A stretch of 64,000 bases of DNA from Camelus dromedarius (Eukaryota), in assembly GCF_036321535.1 (NCBI RefSeq), contig NC_087437.1:92630001-92694000 (forward strand), in the 5' to 3' direction. Under the pieces are notes generated by a model that ran no database searches, was not told where the DNA came from, and saw only the letters and a list, made by a program, of their open reading frames with translations. Position numbers and translations under genes: made by a program. How positions within the stretch are numbered: position 1 is the first letter of the stretch; the number at the start of each line of letters is the position of its first letter. Positions 63,586-64,000 of the stretch are shown here, piece by piece.

Positions 63586-64000
63586 CATGACATTGCATTT
63601 ATGAACAGAATGAAGTATAATACAGAAATTAGAGTAGGTTTCCTTTTTGAAGTCACATCCTAATTTCTGCCTGGAGCGGCTAACTAAATTTGGCACTAAG
63701 GACACTTTCCCCACTATTCAGAATTTCCAACTGTATTTAAAGCAGATCACATCCACCTCCTCTGCATCAACATACCAACTAGTCAATGGAAATCGAAATG
63801 CAAGAGAAATAGACACTTCATACTGCTGCCAAGAGGAGAAGGTTCAGAGCAAAAGGTGTAATTAAAAGTATGACTAAACAGACACAGTCACATTGAAGAA
63901 ACTTCCCACAAAACAGAGGGAAAAAAATGGAAAAAAGAAGCAAGTGCCCCCCAAACATGAGACTGCCTTCTCTGACGGTATCACTTGAGCTCTAGAATCT

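Overview
AT-rich, CpG-depleted mammalian DNA, intergenic or deep-intronic, very probably from a camelid (alpaca, llama or camel). The taxon call rests on two tRNA-derived Vic-1-type SINEs and camelid-type L1 3' ends. No intact protein-coding gene is supported: the ORFs in the track are L1 or ERV debris, or chance. Roughly half the window is interspersed repeat: L1 of several ages, L2, MIR, MaLR/ERVL/ERV1-type LTRs, an internally collapsed ERVL-type provirus, hAT-Charlie and Tip100 MITEs, and a Tigger2-type element. The most notable observations are a ~1 kb decayed RTE-clade reverse-transcriptase relic (2.2-3.2 kb, minus strand), several rearranged or chimeric L1 insertions, a ~160 bp local templated duplication, a pre-miRNA-like hairpin inside a ~4 kb repeat-poor block (29.5-33.6 kb), a CpG-retaining enhancer-like segment (49.4-50.1 kb) and one candidate orphan exon. 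I found no convincing new multi-gene system. Repeat subfamily names come from my recall of consensus sequences, not from a search, and most boundaries are approximate.
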